DNA of 64,000 nucleotides from an uncultured Planctomycetota bacterium (GTDB lineage: Bacteria; Planctomycetota; Planctomycetia; Isosphaerales; Isosphaeraceae). Positions within the stretch are counted from its first letter, which is position 1. Every line of letters begins with the position of its first letter. Made by a program: the position numbers and the translations under genes. Positions 10,562-21,060 of the stretch are shown one piece after another. The stretch lies in the NCBI GenBank assembly GCA_963815795.1, contig CAWFIC010000012.1, positions 13,304 through 77,303 of the forward strand, read 5' to 3'. Below the pieces are notes generated by a model. That model ran no database searches, had not been told where the DNA came from, and saw nothing but the letters and a program-made list of their open reading frames with translations.

Positions 10562-11689
10562 TCAAGGACCCTCCCAGCCTCGGGCCACGACCTCGGCGGG
10601 CCGGAGTGCATCCTCTTCGGACCATTCGAAGGGTTGAACTCTCAACTGCCCACCGCCTTCGCGGAAGAACCGCGTGCCGCTATCCGGGGCGAGATAATTG
10701 ATCAGTTCCGGGTGGTGGGAGATCAGCAGGCACTGGCCGCCGGTATCCTTAACCTTGTCGGTGAGCTGGACGAGCCAAGGCTGGATCTCCCGCAGGGCGA
10801 CGTAATTATCCGGCTCGTCGATGCACAAGGTCAGGTCTTCCCCGACGGCCGCATGGAGCATCGTGTACAGGGCAACCAAGGCCCTCTGGCCGGTAGAGAA
10901 GTGGCCGAGTCCGAGTGAGAAAGACTTGGATTTTCGAGCATTATCCGAGGCCGGAGAGTTGAATTCGAACTTCAAGAGCCGCGCCCCGTCACCCCGGTCG
11001 GCGAATCGAAAGCCCACGAAACCGTCGAGCACATCTTGACGGAGAGACTCGGCAAGCCGCTGGGAGACCTCAGGTGACTCGAGGTGGAGATGACGAATCC
11101 ACGAGGCCAGGTGATGGAGCCAACGATCGGGATGAGACTGTTCTTTGTCGCTCTGAGACATCATGCGAAAGGGGTCCGGGTAGAAGACGAAGACGCGGTT
11201 CAATCTCCATCGAAACCAGCTCAAGAGCGTGTTGTCCTTGCGCTCGGGGATCGTGGGGATCGCCGATCGCGACCAGTCGAACGGGAACACGGGACCTGTG
11301 CTCCCGTCGTCGCGGAAGAGGTGGGCATCGCGGCCATCGAATTGGTACAGCGGCCTCCCGTCGAACCGGAGCCCTTCGCTCTGGATGCGGTTCTTCCGCG
11401 CGGGGCGATCGTGCTCGATAACCAGCCGGTACGAGTACTCCCCGTCCTTACCCTTCAAGCCCAACTCGAACGCTTGTTCCGAGCGTTGATCCCAGGCCGT
11501 CAACGTGCGGTGCCGAAAGGCCGAAAGAGAGGTCGTCCCATTGACGATGAATCCTCTGAGTGCTTTCAAGACTTCGAAGACTCCCGTCTTCCCGGTCCCG
11601 TTCGCTCCGAGCAGTAGCTGCAAGGCCCCGGGCCGATACTCGAAGTTTGTGAAGCACTTGTAATTATCGATGTAAATCCTGCTGATCAC
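10562..11689 (-). CDS. ABC/SMC-type AAA ATPase (AAA_21-like), 375 aa
   Basis: MISRIYIDNYKCFTNFEY.. start. Walker A LLLGANGTGKTG, signature-like FSTGQRALVAL, Walker B LTLCIDEPDNYVA, H-loop LLISHHPE. Confidence 0.85.
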   Translation of the reverse strand: MISRIYIDNYKCFTNFEYRPGALQLLLGANGTGKTGVFEVLKALRGFIVNGTTSLSAFRHRTLTAWDQRSEQAFELGLKGKDGEYSYRLVIEHDRPARKNRIQSEGLRFDGRPLYQFDGRDAHLFRDDGSTGPVFPFDWSRSAIPTIPERKDNTLLSWFRWRLNRVFVFYPDPFRMMSQSDKEQSHPDRWLHHLASWIRHLHLESPEVSQRLAESLRQDVLDGFVGFRFADRGDGARLLKFEFNSPASDNARKSKSFSLGLGHFSTGQRALVALYTMLHAAVGEDLTLCIDEPDNYVALREIQPWLVQLTDKVKDTGGQCLLISHHPELINYLAPDSGTRFFREGGGQLRVQPFEWSEEDALRPAEVVARGWEGP

Positions 11690-11811
11690 ACCCGCCTCCT
11701 CCGGCTGGCCGAGAGCCTACGGGAATCGACCCGGACTCCCTCCATCGTACCAAATGGAGAGACCGAGACAGCAGCCCTTTACGCCGGCACCGAGCCGATG
11801 GTGGGGCTGGC

Positions 11812-12288
11812 TCATTCGGCCCGGGAGGCGGTCTCGTCATCGTCCGCCAGCGGGGCCGGCTTGGCTTCCGTCTCGGGGCAGCCGGCGTCGAGGTAACTCT
11901 GGAGCATGATCTGGGCGGCGAGCTGGTCGCGCAGGGCCTTGCGCTTCTGCCGCTTCAGGCCGGCGTCGATCAGCCGCTGCTCGGCCTCGACCGTGGTGTA
12001 CCGCTCGTCGAAATAGAACACCGGCAACCCCGTGACGCCGGCCAGCCAGTCGCCGAACGACCGCGTCAGCGCGGCGAGCTGACCCTCCCGGCCGCTGGTG
12101 TGCAGCGGCAGGCCGATGACGATCCGCTCGACCTCGTCCTCCCGCACCAGCTCGCGATAATGCTTCGCGTCGTGCTCGGGCCCGCGCAGCACGTAGACCT
12201 CGGCCGGGAAGGCCATCGTCCGGCCCGGGTCGCTCAGGGCCGCGCCCACCCGCCGCGTCCCGTAGTCGATGCCGAGGATGCGGGGCAT
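11812..12288 (-). CDS. ruvX: Holliday-junction resolvase-like nuclease RuvX (YqgF)
   Basis: MPRILGIDYGTRRVGAALSD...ERIVIGLPLHTSGREG...FYFDERYTTVEAE. Start trimmed to the ATG at 12288. Confidence 0.85.
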   Translation of the reverse strand: MPRILGIDYGTRRVGAALSDPGRTMAFPAEVYVLRGPEHDAKHYRELVREDEVERIVIGLPLHTSGREGQLAALTRSFGDWLAGVTGLPVFYFDERYTTVEAEQRLIDAGLKRQKRKALRDQLAAQIMLQSYLDAGCPETEAKPAPLADDDETASRAE

Positions 12289-12420
12289 GGACGAGATCCC
12301 TCGGTTAGCGAATCCCGGAATCCTGTCGATTCCCTTGAAAAGTGGCCGCGACCGCGCGAGCATGTCTATCATAGCCGAACCCTCGCGCGAATTCGCCGCG
12401 AGTCGGCCCGAGGTCTGGTG

Positions 12421-12936
12421 ATGCCCCTATCAATCCGCCCGGAAGGACCGACCGATTCCGACGCGATCCGGCGAGTGCTCGAGGCGGCCTTTCCCGACGT
12501 CTTCGAGTCGCGGCTGGTCGCCCTGCTCCGCGCCGGAGGGCACCTCCTCATCTCCCTTTTGGCGGAGGAGGACGAGTCCGTCGTCGGTCACGTCGCCTTC
12601 AGCCCCGTGCGGATCGATGGCGAGGCCGCTGAAGGGATCGGCGTCGGCCTGGCACCGCTCGCCGTGCTCCCGGATCATCAACGCCGGGGGATCGGCGGCC
12701 GTCTCGTCCGCGAGGGTCTGGCGGCGTGCGAGCGCGCCGGCTACGGCTTCGTGGTCCTGCTGGGCGAGCCGGCCTATTATCGACGATTCGGCTTCGATCG
12801 GGCCGACCAGAAGGGCCTGGCGAACGAATACGGGGCGGATGAGGCGTTCATGGTCCTGGAGTTGAGGGATGGCGCCATCCCGGAACGCGGCGGTATGGTC
12901 CGATTCGGGCCCGAGTTCGCGTATTTCTCCGTCTGA
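12421..12936 (+). CDS. GNAT-family N-acetyltransferase
   Basis: C-terminal part of ORF 12100..12936 from the ATG at 12421. Sequence: MPLSIRPEGPTDSDAIRRVLEAAF...LAVLPDHQRRGIGGRLVREGL...GYGFVVLLGEPAYYRRFGF. Confidence 0.8.
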   Translation: MPLSIRPEGPTDSDAIRRVLEAAFPDVFESRLVALLRAGGHLLISLLAEEDESVVGHVAFSPVRIDGEAAEGIGVGLAPLAVLPDHQRRGIGGRLVREGLAACERAGYGFVVLLGEPAYYRRFGFDRADQKGLANEYGADEAFMVLELRDGAIPERGGMVRFGPEFAYFSV

Positions 12937-12957
12937 TCTCAGGGGGATCATCCTCCC

Positions 12958-13431
12958 ATGCGACGGGTCCCGGGATTCTCGCTCTGGCTGGGTCATGCCG
13001 GCGACGTCCGCGACATCCCCGGCCTGTTCGCGGCGGACATCGCCGCTGTTGTGGACCTGGCGAGCCACGAAGCCCCCGCGCCAGTGGCCCGAGAGCTGGT
13101 GTACTGCCGCTTCCCGATCGTCGACGGGCCGGGGAACCCGCCATGGCTGTTGCGGGCGGCCGTCGAGACGGTCGCCGGCCTGTTGCGAAGCGATGTGCCG
13201 ACCCTGATCGGCTGCGGCCTGGGCCTGAGCCGATCGCCGTGCATCGCCGGTGCGGCCATCGCTCGGGTCCGCGGTGGCCCGGCCGAAGAGGGGTTGGTCA
13301 TCGCACTCGCGTCCGCGCCGGCCGACGTCTCGCCCGCATTGTGGGCCGAGGTCCGGGAGGCGGTCAGTGAGATGGGATATGACGACATCGCGGCGATCCG
13401 AGATCCGATCCGCGAGGAGCCTTCGATCTGA
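12958..13431 (+). CDS. dual-specificity (Cys-based) protein phosphatase-like protein
   Basis: CX5R(S) signature in LIGCGLGLSRSPCIAGAAI, with upstream ...YCRFPIVDGPGNP. Confidence 0.6.
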   Translation: MRRVPGFSLWLGHAGDVRDIPGLFAADIAAVVDLASHEAPAPVARELVYCRFPIVDGPGNPPWLLRAAVETVAGLLRSDVPTLIGCGLGLSRSPCIAGAAIARVRGGPAEEGLVIALASAPADVSPALWAEVREAVSEMGYDDIAAIRDPIREEPSI

Positions 13432-13542
13432 CCCCGATCGGACCGGCCGCGGAGCGAAGGCCCCGGCTTCCGGCCAGTCCGATGTCAGCCGATTCGGATC
13501 AGCATCTCGGCTATGCGGCGAAGTCAACATCGCCGATTCGAG

Positions 13543-15276
13543 TCACCGCCGGGGCCGTACATCCTCGTGTGAATCTAACACTTTGTCCAACTCCGGCAAG
13601 AGTCGTCGTAGCAAGTCCATGAAGTCCGCGTCATCGACCGGTTCATTGCCCTCGCTCGCCGCTTGGATCAGGTAGAGTTTGTAGAGGAACGTTTGCGAGC
13701 CGAACGCCATCCGCGGACTGAAAGGGACGCTCCAAGCTCCCTGACTCCTCCACGACCAAGAGATCCGTATGCGCTCGGGCGGGAGCGAGGCCCGCCGTTC
13801 GAAGTCGGCCCAGGCGAATTCGGCTCGACCTCCGGGAAGATCGATCGGCACCGAGAGCGCCACCGGCTGCTCCTGAACCATCTCGAATCCGGCCCCGGGA
13901 TAGCAGACGTCGGGGGTATGAGCCGAAACCGGCCCGGGTCTCCCGCAGACGAGGAGCAGGGTGATCGTCCTCCGGTCCCGCGAGTTCTCATAGCGTCGCA
14001 TCACACAGCCATTGAGCTCTGCGGCCATGATCGCCCTCGGGTCGACGGGCTCCGTTCGACCGATCCAGTCGCCGATCGCCATGGGAGCGCGATCGAGATG
14101 GCTGACGGCGAGTGTCAACTCGCCCGATTCCTTCCATCGGCCCGCCCAGTTGCCGACGATGATCGCCGGTCCGACGACCAGCGCAGTCCCGACCAGGACG
14201 GCGAGCGTCCGCGGCGCCGGCACTCTCGCGGTCGCCTGCTCACTGCCCGTCACGACCTCTCCCCCGATGTCGGCGCGACTCGCGTCATCGTCATCGATCG
14301 GGATGAAGAGATGCGAGAGCAATCGACATTCGATGAAGAGGATGGCCAAGGCCAGCAGCATCATGAGCCATCCGGCCAGGTCGTGGTAAACCGCGTCGGC
14401 GACCCACCCGCCCGCGTGGACATGGAGCAGGCCGGTCGCCGCGATCCGCGCCACGTTCACGACCAACGCGATCGGTATCGCGCCCGCGATGAGCAAGAGC
14501 CGGTCCAGCGGGGGGCGATGGACCATCACGGTCGTCGCCACCGAGAGGGCCAGGAACATGTAGCACATCCCCAGCCCATTGCAGGCGTCAACGACCCCGA
14601 TCCGGAAGTCGTCGATCACGATCGTACTGCCGGCGCTGAATGCCGGCAGGCCGAAGACTTGCAGTGTGCAGGCGCCGGCCTCCGCGGCCATCTTCTGGAG
14701 CGGGAATCCCAGCGACGTCTCGATCCTGTAGGGAAGCGGCACCATGAAGATGAGGAACGCGACGGATGGCCACGCCCACCGCAAGGCGGCCCGCCCATCG
14801 CACAGCACGACCAGCCCGGCGAGCGAGATGAGGAACGAAATCGCTTCAAGCCACGAGATGTAGGCATAGGCGCCCACGAATCGCACGGGACCCGCGATCG
14901 CCAGCAAGGCAAGCCCGGGCCATCTCGGCCCGGCATGATCGGGCCGAAGCCGGCGGCGAATCCAGAGCAGGTAAAGGGCAAACGGCGGGACGAGGAAGCC
15001 GTGAGAGTACCGAGGGTCGTGCGACCATCGTCGTGCCATCCCGACAAGTGTCGGCCAGTAAGACCAGACCAAGCCCACGCCGATGATCATCGCGAGGCTC
15101 GCCCGCGGGACGAGCGAGAGGGCTGACGCCATCGGCCCCAGGCCGCCCCCGGATGACGTCGATCTCCGGCCGGATCGCAACCACCCGGCTCGCGGTGTGA
15201 TCGAACCCGTCCCCCGGCCGGGGGTCGGACCCGGGACGCAGCGCCTCGAGGAGCGGATATTGAGGTCATCCGTCAT
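13543..15276 (-). CDS. exosortase fused to an EpsI-family domain
   Basis: PRYSHGFLVPPFALYLLW, catalytic-type VVDACNGLGM, NVARIAATG and YHDLAGW (Cys/Arg/His hallmarks). The C-terminal half has the EpsI-like HTPDVCYPGAGF. The ATG at 15276 overlaps the TPR gene stop (ATGA). An alternative start is 15132 (MASALSLV). Confidence 0.85.
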   Translation of the reverse strand: MTDDLNIRSSRRCVPGPTPGRGTGSITPRAGWLRSGRRSTSSGGGLGPMASALSLVPRASLAMIIGVGLVWSYWPTLVGMARRWSHDPRYSHGFLVPPFALYLLWIRRRLRPDHAGPRWPGLALLAIAGPVRFVGAYAYISWLEAISFLISLAGLVVLCDGRAALRWAWPSVAFLIFMVPLPYRIETSLGFPLQKMAAEAGACTLQVFGLPAFSAGSTIVIDDFRIGVVDACNGLGMCYMFLALSVATTVMVHRPPLDRLLLIAGAIPIALVVNVARIAATGLLHVHAGGWVADAVYHDLAGWLMMLLALAILFIECRLLSHLFIPIDDDDASRADIGGEVVTGSEQATARVPAPRTLAVLVGTALVVGPAIIVGNWAGRWKESGELTLAVSHLDRAPMAIGDWIGRTEPVDPRAIMAAELNGCVMRRYENSRDRRTITLLLVCGRPGPVSAHTPDVCYPGAGFEMVQEQPVALSVPIDLPGGRAEFAWADFERRASLPPERIRISWSWRSQGAWSVPFSPRMAFGSQTFLYKLYLIQAASEGNEPVDDADFMDLLRRLLPELDKVLDSHEDVRPRR

Positions 15277-18200
15277 TCGCGGCCGACCTCCCTCATCAAT
15301 CGTTCGCAGTGCTCCCGCTCCAACGGCGACAGCGTCTCCGGGCTCAGGCCCATGGCCCGGGCGCTCCGGAAAGACGCATGGGCGTCCTTCCTCCGGTCGG
15401 CCATCAGGTAGGCCTGGGCGAGATGAACGTACTCCAGCGGCGTGGCGTGCACGGCGACGGCGTCCTCGAGATCCCGGATCGCCAGGTCGCTCCGTCCGAC
15501 CGCCAGATAGCCGGCGGCCCGCGTATCGAGCAGGTCGGGGGTCGGCCCATCCAGCTCCATGGCCCTCGCGACCAGCTCGAGGGCCTCTCGGCCCTTGTGG
15601 TCCTTCCGCGCCAGCAACCAGGCCAGGTTCGCGAGCGGGCCGCTATTGGCCGGATCGGATGTGATCGATCGCCGGTAGAACTCCTCGGCCTCCTGGTAGC
15701 GCCCCTCGAGGCTCCGGATGTTTCCGAGCTGGAACAACAGCCCCGCACTCGTCGGCGCCTTGTCCAACCCTCGTTCGATCAGGCCGGCCGCGCGACGGCA
15801 TTGCACCGGATCGGCCGGGGCCGCGTACAGGGATGCGACCATCGCCTCGGCGACCGCCTCGGGAGGGCAGGATGACGCGGCCTTCTCGCAGACCTCGACG
15901 GCCTCGGCCAACCGACCCCGCCGCCCGAGGAATCTGGCCAGGGTGAGGCTCGGGCCCGCCGGGCTGGACCGGGCGGCGAATGCGCGGTAGAGTTCCTCGG
16001 CCGCGGCCATCTCTCCCAGGTCCTCGAACAGGGCCGCCACGCTTCCGACCTGATCCGGCCGCCTTCGGACCAAGGATCTCAACAGTCCGACCGCCTCCTC
16101 GGGGTGACCTCCCTGCTTCAAGAGGCGCCCCGCAATTCCACCGCCGCGGGGATCCGCGGGTCCAGCTTCTCCAGGGTGTCCGCGCACGATTGGGCCGCGT
16201 CGATCAGTCCGTGGCGGAGTAGGGTACGGCCAGCGTAAGCCAGGTAGAGTTGGTTGCCGGGATCGCTGGCCAGCAGGTCGCCGATCTGGCGCGGGCGCTG
16301 GGCCAAAGTCCCTCGGCCTCGTAAAGCTGGACCAGTCGGTATCGGTCTTCGGGGATCATGAGCCCTCGATCGCCGAGGAATTCGAGGATGCGGATGGCCG
16401 CCCGCCGCGCCACCCGGTTGTTCCGGGAGGCCAGGACCGCCGACCGGGCTCGGAGCTCATCGACCGGCTCGTCGGGACCGGGCGTATAGGTTGCCCCCTC
16501 ATCGGCCAGGCCGATCAGCTCGAACGCTCGGTGGTGAGCCCCGCCGGCGGCCAGCACGGTCGCCAGGAGGCGGCGAGCCCACGCCGCGTCGTCCGGAGAC
16601 CTGTCCTTGAGATCCATGACCTTGGACAGATAGGACTTGGCCTCGCCGGTTTCGCCGACGGCCAGGGCAAGGGTCGCGGCCCCGCGGAGCATGGGGACAT
16701 CATCGGGCCTCCCGGCCAGCGCCGACCGGAACAGGCTGCGAGCCAGCGCCGTGTCGCCCACCTCGGCAAAGCAGCGAGCCAGCGCCGGGGCGGCCTCGTC
16801 GCCGTCGAGGTGGCGGCGCGCCTGCTCGATCACCGCCCGCGCCTCTTCCACGGACCCGGTCCGGGCCAGGAAGCGAACCAACGTCACCCAGGTCTCCGGT
16901 GCACGACCGTCGAGTTCGACCGCAGCTCGGAACTCCGGTTCGGCCTTCCCTCGCTCCCCGGCGGCCCAGTAGAACTGGCCGAGCCACAGGCGATCGCGAT
17001 AGTCCTTCGATCCCGGCGCGATGGATTGTCTGGCCAGCTCCAGCGCCCGCGCGGGGTCGTTGACCCGTAGCGAGACCTCGGCCGCCAGCCGTTGGAACGG
17101 GAGATCGCCGAGGCCGACGCCCTGCTCCCGCCACTTCCGGATCAATCCGTCGGCCTGCTCGAATCGCCTGAGCTCGAGCAGGAGCTGGACGGTCCGCCGC
17201 ACCACGAGAGGACCTGCCATCCCCGATTCGATCGCCCGGAGACAGTGGCGGAGGGCCTCTTGCGGATTGCCGGCCCGGTCCTCGGCCTCGGAGGCCACGA
17301 GCGCGACCAGGGGCCAGCGGGGTCGTTGTCTCCCGGCCTCGGTCAGGAGCACGCGAACCTCTCGGATCAACGCCGGCTCGATCTCGCCTCGAGCACGGCC
17401 CCGAGACGACCAGAGCAAGTAACGAGCGCGGCCGCAGCGCCAGCGCCCCCTCCGTTTCCCCCGGCGTCTGCGGGTCGTCCTCGATGGCCCGGAGCCGATC
17501 CAGAGCCAGTCGCATAGCCGCGTCATCGCCCTCCTGGAGCGCCCGCTCGAATTGCGAGAAGCGGAGGGTCGGATCCCGCGGACGTCGCTGCACCAACTGC
17601 CCGAGGACCCGGTCGGCCGAGCGGGCGTCGCCGAGCTGTAGCGACGCATCGAAGAGGCTCGAAAGGAGCCGTTCTCGGTCCTCCTTGGGACGGCTCTCCG
17701 CCTCGCGCTCGATCTCGGCCAGCGCCGCGGCGCGTCCGGTCCGCCTCGATCGGCCCAGTGTTGAATCCGGGCGAGGGATAGCTCAATCCGATGGCCGAGT
17801 CGACTCTGGGCTCGCTGCAGGATGGCGAGAGAGGACTCGTGCGTCTCGTGCCGATCCGCGAGCAGGGCCAGGGCGGTCCAGAGCTCGACCTGATCCGGCT
17901 GTTCATCCCGGGCCGCCCGGAGCAGGTCGCGGGCACGCCCGGGCTGCCCCTGGCCCAGGAGGGCCTCGGCGCGCAGGACGATCACGCCGGGGGAACGAGG
18001 CATCGCCCGTGCCGCGCGGTCGAGGGCCTGTTCCACACCCGGCCAGTCGCGTTCCGCCGGCGGCCGGCGGAGGTTGCGCTGCATCAGGAGCCGGGCGAGG
18101 GCCATGCCGGCCGCCGGCGCCCGATCAATCACCTTGCGATACTCGTCTATGGCCTCGTCAATCTGGCCCATGGCCTCCTTCGCCGCGGCCGATCCGATGC

Positions 18201-19524
18201 GTCCTTCGACGCGTTCCGGATCGAGGGCGACCGCCCGTTGAAAGGCAACCTCGCGCTGGTCGAGGTCCCCGAGTTGCTCGCAGCAGAGGCCGATCAGCAG
18301 GTTGGCCTGATAGGCCAGGTCGTTCTCCCTTCCCAGGAGGGGATAGATCGCCTCCAGTTGTCTCCTCGCCTCGCTCCATCTCGCCTCACCGACACCGATC
18401 CGAGCGTCGAGATACTTGAGCAGTTCGGGCCGGACGGGCTGATGATCCAGCCTCCCGATCACGGCCTTCACCTCGGCCCACTTCCCCTGGTCGATCAAGG
18501 TGTCGGCGAGCAGCCAGAGGAACCGACCTCGCTCCTCGCGATCGGTCGAGGCATCGGCCCCGCGTCGCAGGACCTCCGCGGCCTCGCCGAGGCGCCCGGA
18601 TTTCTTCTCGAGCCAGGCCAGTGCGGTCAAGATCCGCGAGTCCCGAGGGTGGAGTTCCAGTCCGCTCGTGAGGTGCTGCCGGGCTGAGTCGAAGGCCCCG
18701 CGTTCGACGTCCAGCGCCGCGGCGGCAAGCCGCACGTCGGCCTCCCGCGGCGCCAGCCGGAGTGCGTGGCTGACGTCGGCATCCGAGCCCTCGATCTCGT
18801 ACTGCTTCCGATAGAGCCCTCGTGCGAGGTACGCCCGGAACGATTGCCGGTTGGCGGCGATCAGGCCGTCCTTGACCTCTCGGGCGTCCATGACGCGGTC
18901 CGCCCGTTGTGCGTCACCCAGCCGATTTCGGAGCAAACCGGCGAGCCGTACGTAGATGTCGGGACTCTGTGGCGCGAGCGAGATCGCCTTCTGATAATGC
19001 CCAACGGCATCGGTATCGTCGTGCAGGCCCTCTGAGCAGATCCCCAGCAGATACTCCAGCTCACCCCCCTCGGCGCCCTCTCGTCCGCCTTCATGATCGC
19101 TGATGGATCGCCCCGAATCGACGAGGACACGGAGGTGGGCCCGAGCGGCGGAATACCATTCGAGGCCCATGGCCAGGTCCACGAGCTGGCGACGGATCTC
19201 CGGACGAGCCGGGTCGAGGACGAGTGCCCGCTCGAGCGTGCGAAAGGCGCGGATTCGGTCATCCGGAGTCCGAGCCCGAGAAGCGAGGATCATACCGAAC
19301 CTTGCAAAGGCCGCGGGATGATTCGGCTGGTAACCCAGGAAGAGCTGCAAGCACTCCGCGGCCTGCCCCAGATCACCTTCCTGCTCCGCCCGGTTCGCGC
19401 GCGTCAGCAAGGCGCCCGTGTTTCGTCCGACCTGCATGCGGTACTGCACCGAGACCCCGGCTCCCAGGACAATCGTCCCGAGCAGGAGACGGAACAGCAC
19501 TCGAGAGTTTAAGCGCCTTCTCAT
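15273..19524 (-). CDS. giant TPR-repeat protein (about 1400 aa if repaired), at least four frame breaks
   Basis: ORFs 16204..19524, 16700..17596, 16118..16306 and 15273..16187 all read as TPR-like sense. They join by 1-nt shifts near 17722-17732, 17428-17445, 16304-16310 and 16128-16131. The N-terminal signal/anchor is MRRRLNSRVLFRLLLGTIVLGAGV. Confidence 0.7.
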
Positions 19525-20013
19525 TCTGGTCGGAGACTTTCGGCTAGAACCGGCTCGGGCATCCTCGCGCAGTGACGTGCGCCACCGGGGCGACGCCGGC
19601 GAATCGACCCGCGGCCACGCTCCCTCGTCAGTCCAACGGGTGAATGTGAAGGCCGTGACGGTCGCCGCGCATCCAGGTCAGGGTGCGGCGGCCAACGAGC
19701 CCCAGCACGAACCCTTGATTCAAGCCTACAGAATTGATGGGAGATTCGCTAGATGCATTCAAAGAGGCGCGCTCGCAATTTCACATCGTGCTGTGGGATC
19801 GCATCCACGCGGATCCGGCAGACGGTGGCCGATCGAGCGATCGGTGCAGGGCGCCGATGTCGCGGGCGGTCCACGCCGACGATCCTCCGGCGCGACTCGA
19901 CTTGGCCGTGAGTCGGCCGGAACCGCCTTCTCGAAGACGCAGGCGGGACGCCTGGAGTTGGGGCAGAGAGATGAGCCGCGGCCGGACGGGACGGTCCGGC
20001 CGCGCGCGGGCCA

Positions 20014-21060
20014 TCAGGCATTGGAAAGGGCCGAGGGAATGGCCCGTCGCCGCCGCAGCCGGCGGAATCCGGCCGGGACCACGACGAGGAGGCCAGCGAG
20101 ACCCGCCATCAGGATCGTCGGCAATTCGGGGGTAATCACCGCATTACCCATGTTGACGAAGCCGTCGGAGATGACAGATCCATTAATGAGCACTCCACCA
20201 TCGAGGCTCATGCTCGTGCCGTTCACCACGTCCAGGAGATTGCCGTTGATCTTGCCGCCGACGATCCCGACGTTGCCGCCGATGAAATTGAAGAAGACGT
20301 TGTTCGCGCCGATCCCCTGCAAGACGATATTGACATTGGTCCAGGTCGTCGTACGCGGACCGGTGAAATTGAAGACCACCTGTTCGTTCGCACTGCCGTT
20401 GATCGTCAGGGTGGTATTATTCAGGTTCAGTAGACCGGCATTGTTCGATGCGTTGACGGTGACGACGTTCTGCCCGGAATTGGCTGCGCTGAGAGTGACC
20501 GAGTTGTTCGACACGGTGAGTTGGTTCGCGCCGGAGGAACCAGTCCACGACGCCGCGGTGGTGGCGGCGTTGATCGCCGTCTGACTGGCCTGCGAGAGGG
20601 ACGTATCGACCCCGGCACCCGTGAAGGTGCCACCCCCCGGCGTTCCCGAGCCCGTGTACGATGTGGGATCACTGTTCATGTAGAGGGCACCACTGATCGA
20701 AGTGGTCCCACTGAGCGAACTGCCAGCGTCGAGTCCCACGTTGCCTATGATGTTGACGGGGCCGCCGATCAAGGTAGCGGAGCTGCCGGTATCGGCGTTG
20801 TACGCTCCGAAGAGACCGAAACCGCCGGCCGAGCCGAGACTGAGTGTCTGAGCCGAGCACAACGAAGGGGCCGCGAGGGCAAGGGCCAATCCCAACGCCA
20901 CGGCGACTCCATGCGCCCTGCGGAAACGGCCAGAAACCTTGGGAGACCTACGTGAAGGGTCAACCGCCCCGGCATTCTGAAAGATCATGATATTTGTCTC
21001 CTCGGGCGACGGCTCAACATCGGTAGCGGGATCGTTCACAGCATCGCTCGATCGCTTCAA
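20014..21060 (-). CDS. PEP-CTERM-anchored secreted protein, Asn/Thr/Ser/Gly-rich (beta-helix-like)
   Basis: Signal peptide RRAHGVAVALGLALALAAPSLCSAQT. The C-terminus VITPELPTILMAGLAGLLVVVPAGFRRLRRRR is a PEP-like motif, a TM helix and an Arg cluster. Start is either 21060 or the MIFQ ATG at 20988. Confidence 0.8.
   Translation of the reverse strand: MKRSSDAVNDPATDVEPSPEETNIMIFQNAGAVDPSRRSPKVSGRFRRAHGVAVALGLALALAAPSLCSAQTLSLGSAGGFGLFGAYNADTGSSATLIGGPVNIIGNVGLDAGSSLSGTTSISGALYMNSDPTSYTGSGTPGGGTFTGAGVDTSLSQASQTAINAATTAASWTGSSGANQLTVSNNSVTLSAANSGQNVVTVNASNNAGLLNLNNTTLTINGSANEQVVFNFTGPRTTTWTNVNIVLQGIGANNVFFNFIGGNVGIVGGKINGNLLDVVNGTSMSLDGGVLINGSVISDGFVNMGNAVITPELPTILMAGLAGLLVVVPAGFRRLRRRRAIPSALSNA

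Noticed and set aside
11690-11811. A regulatory hairpin (ctccat-N8-atggag) upstream of the ATPase gene.
   Set aside because: It is a 6-bp stem only, and stems of that size are expected by chance in this sequence.
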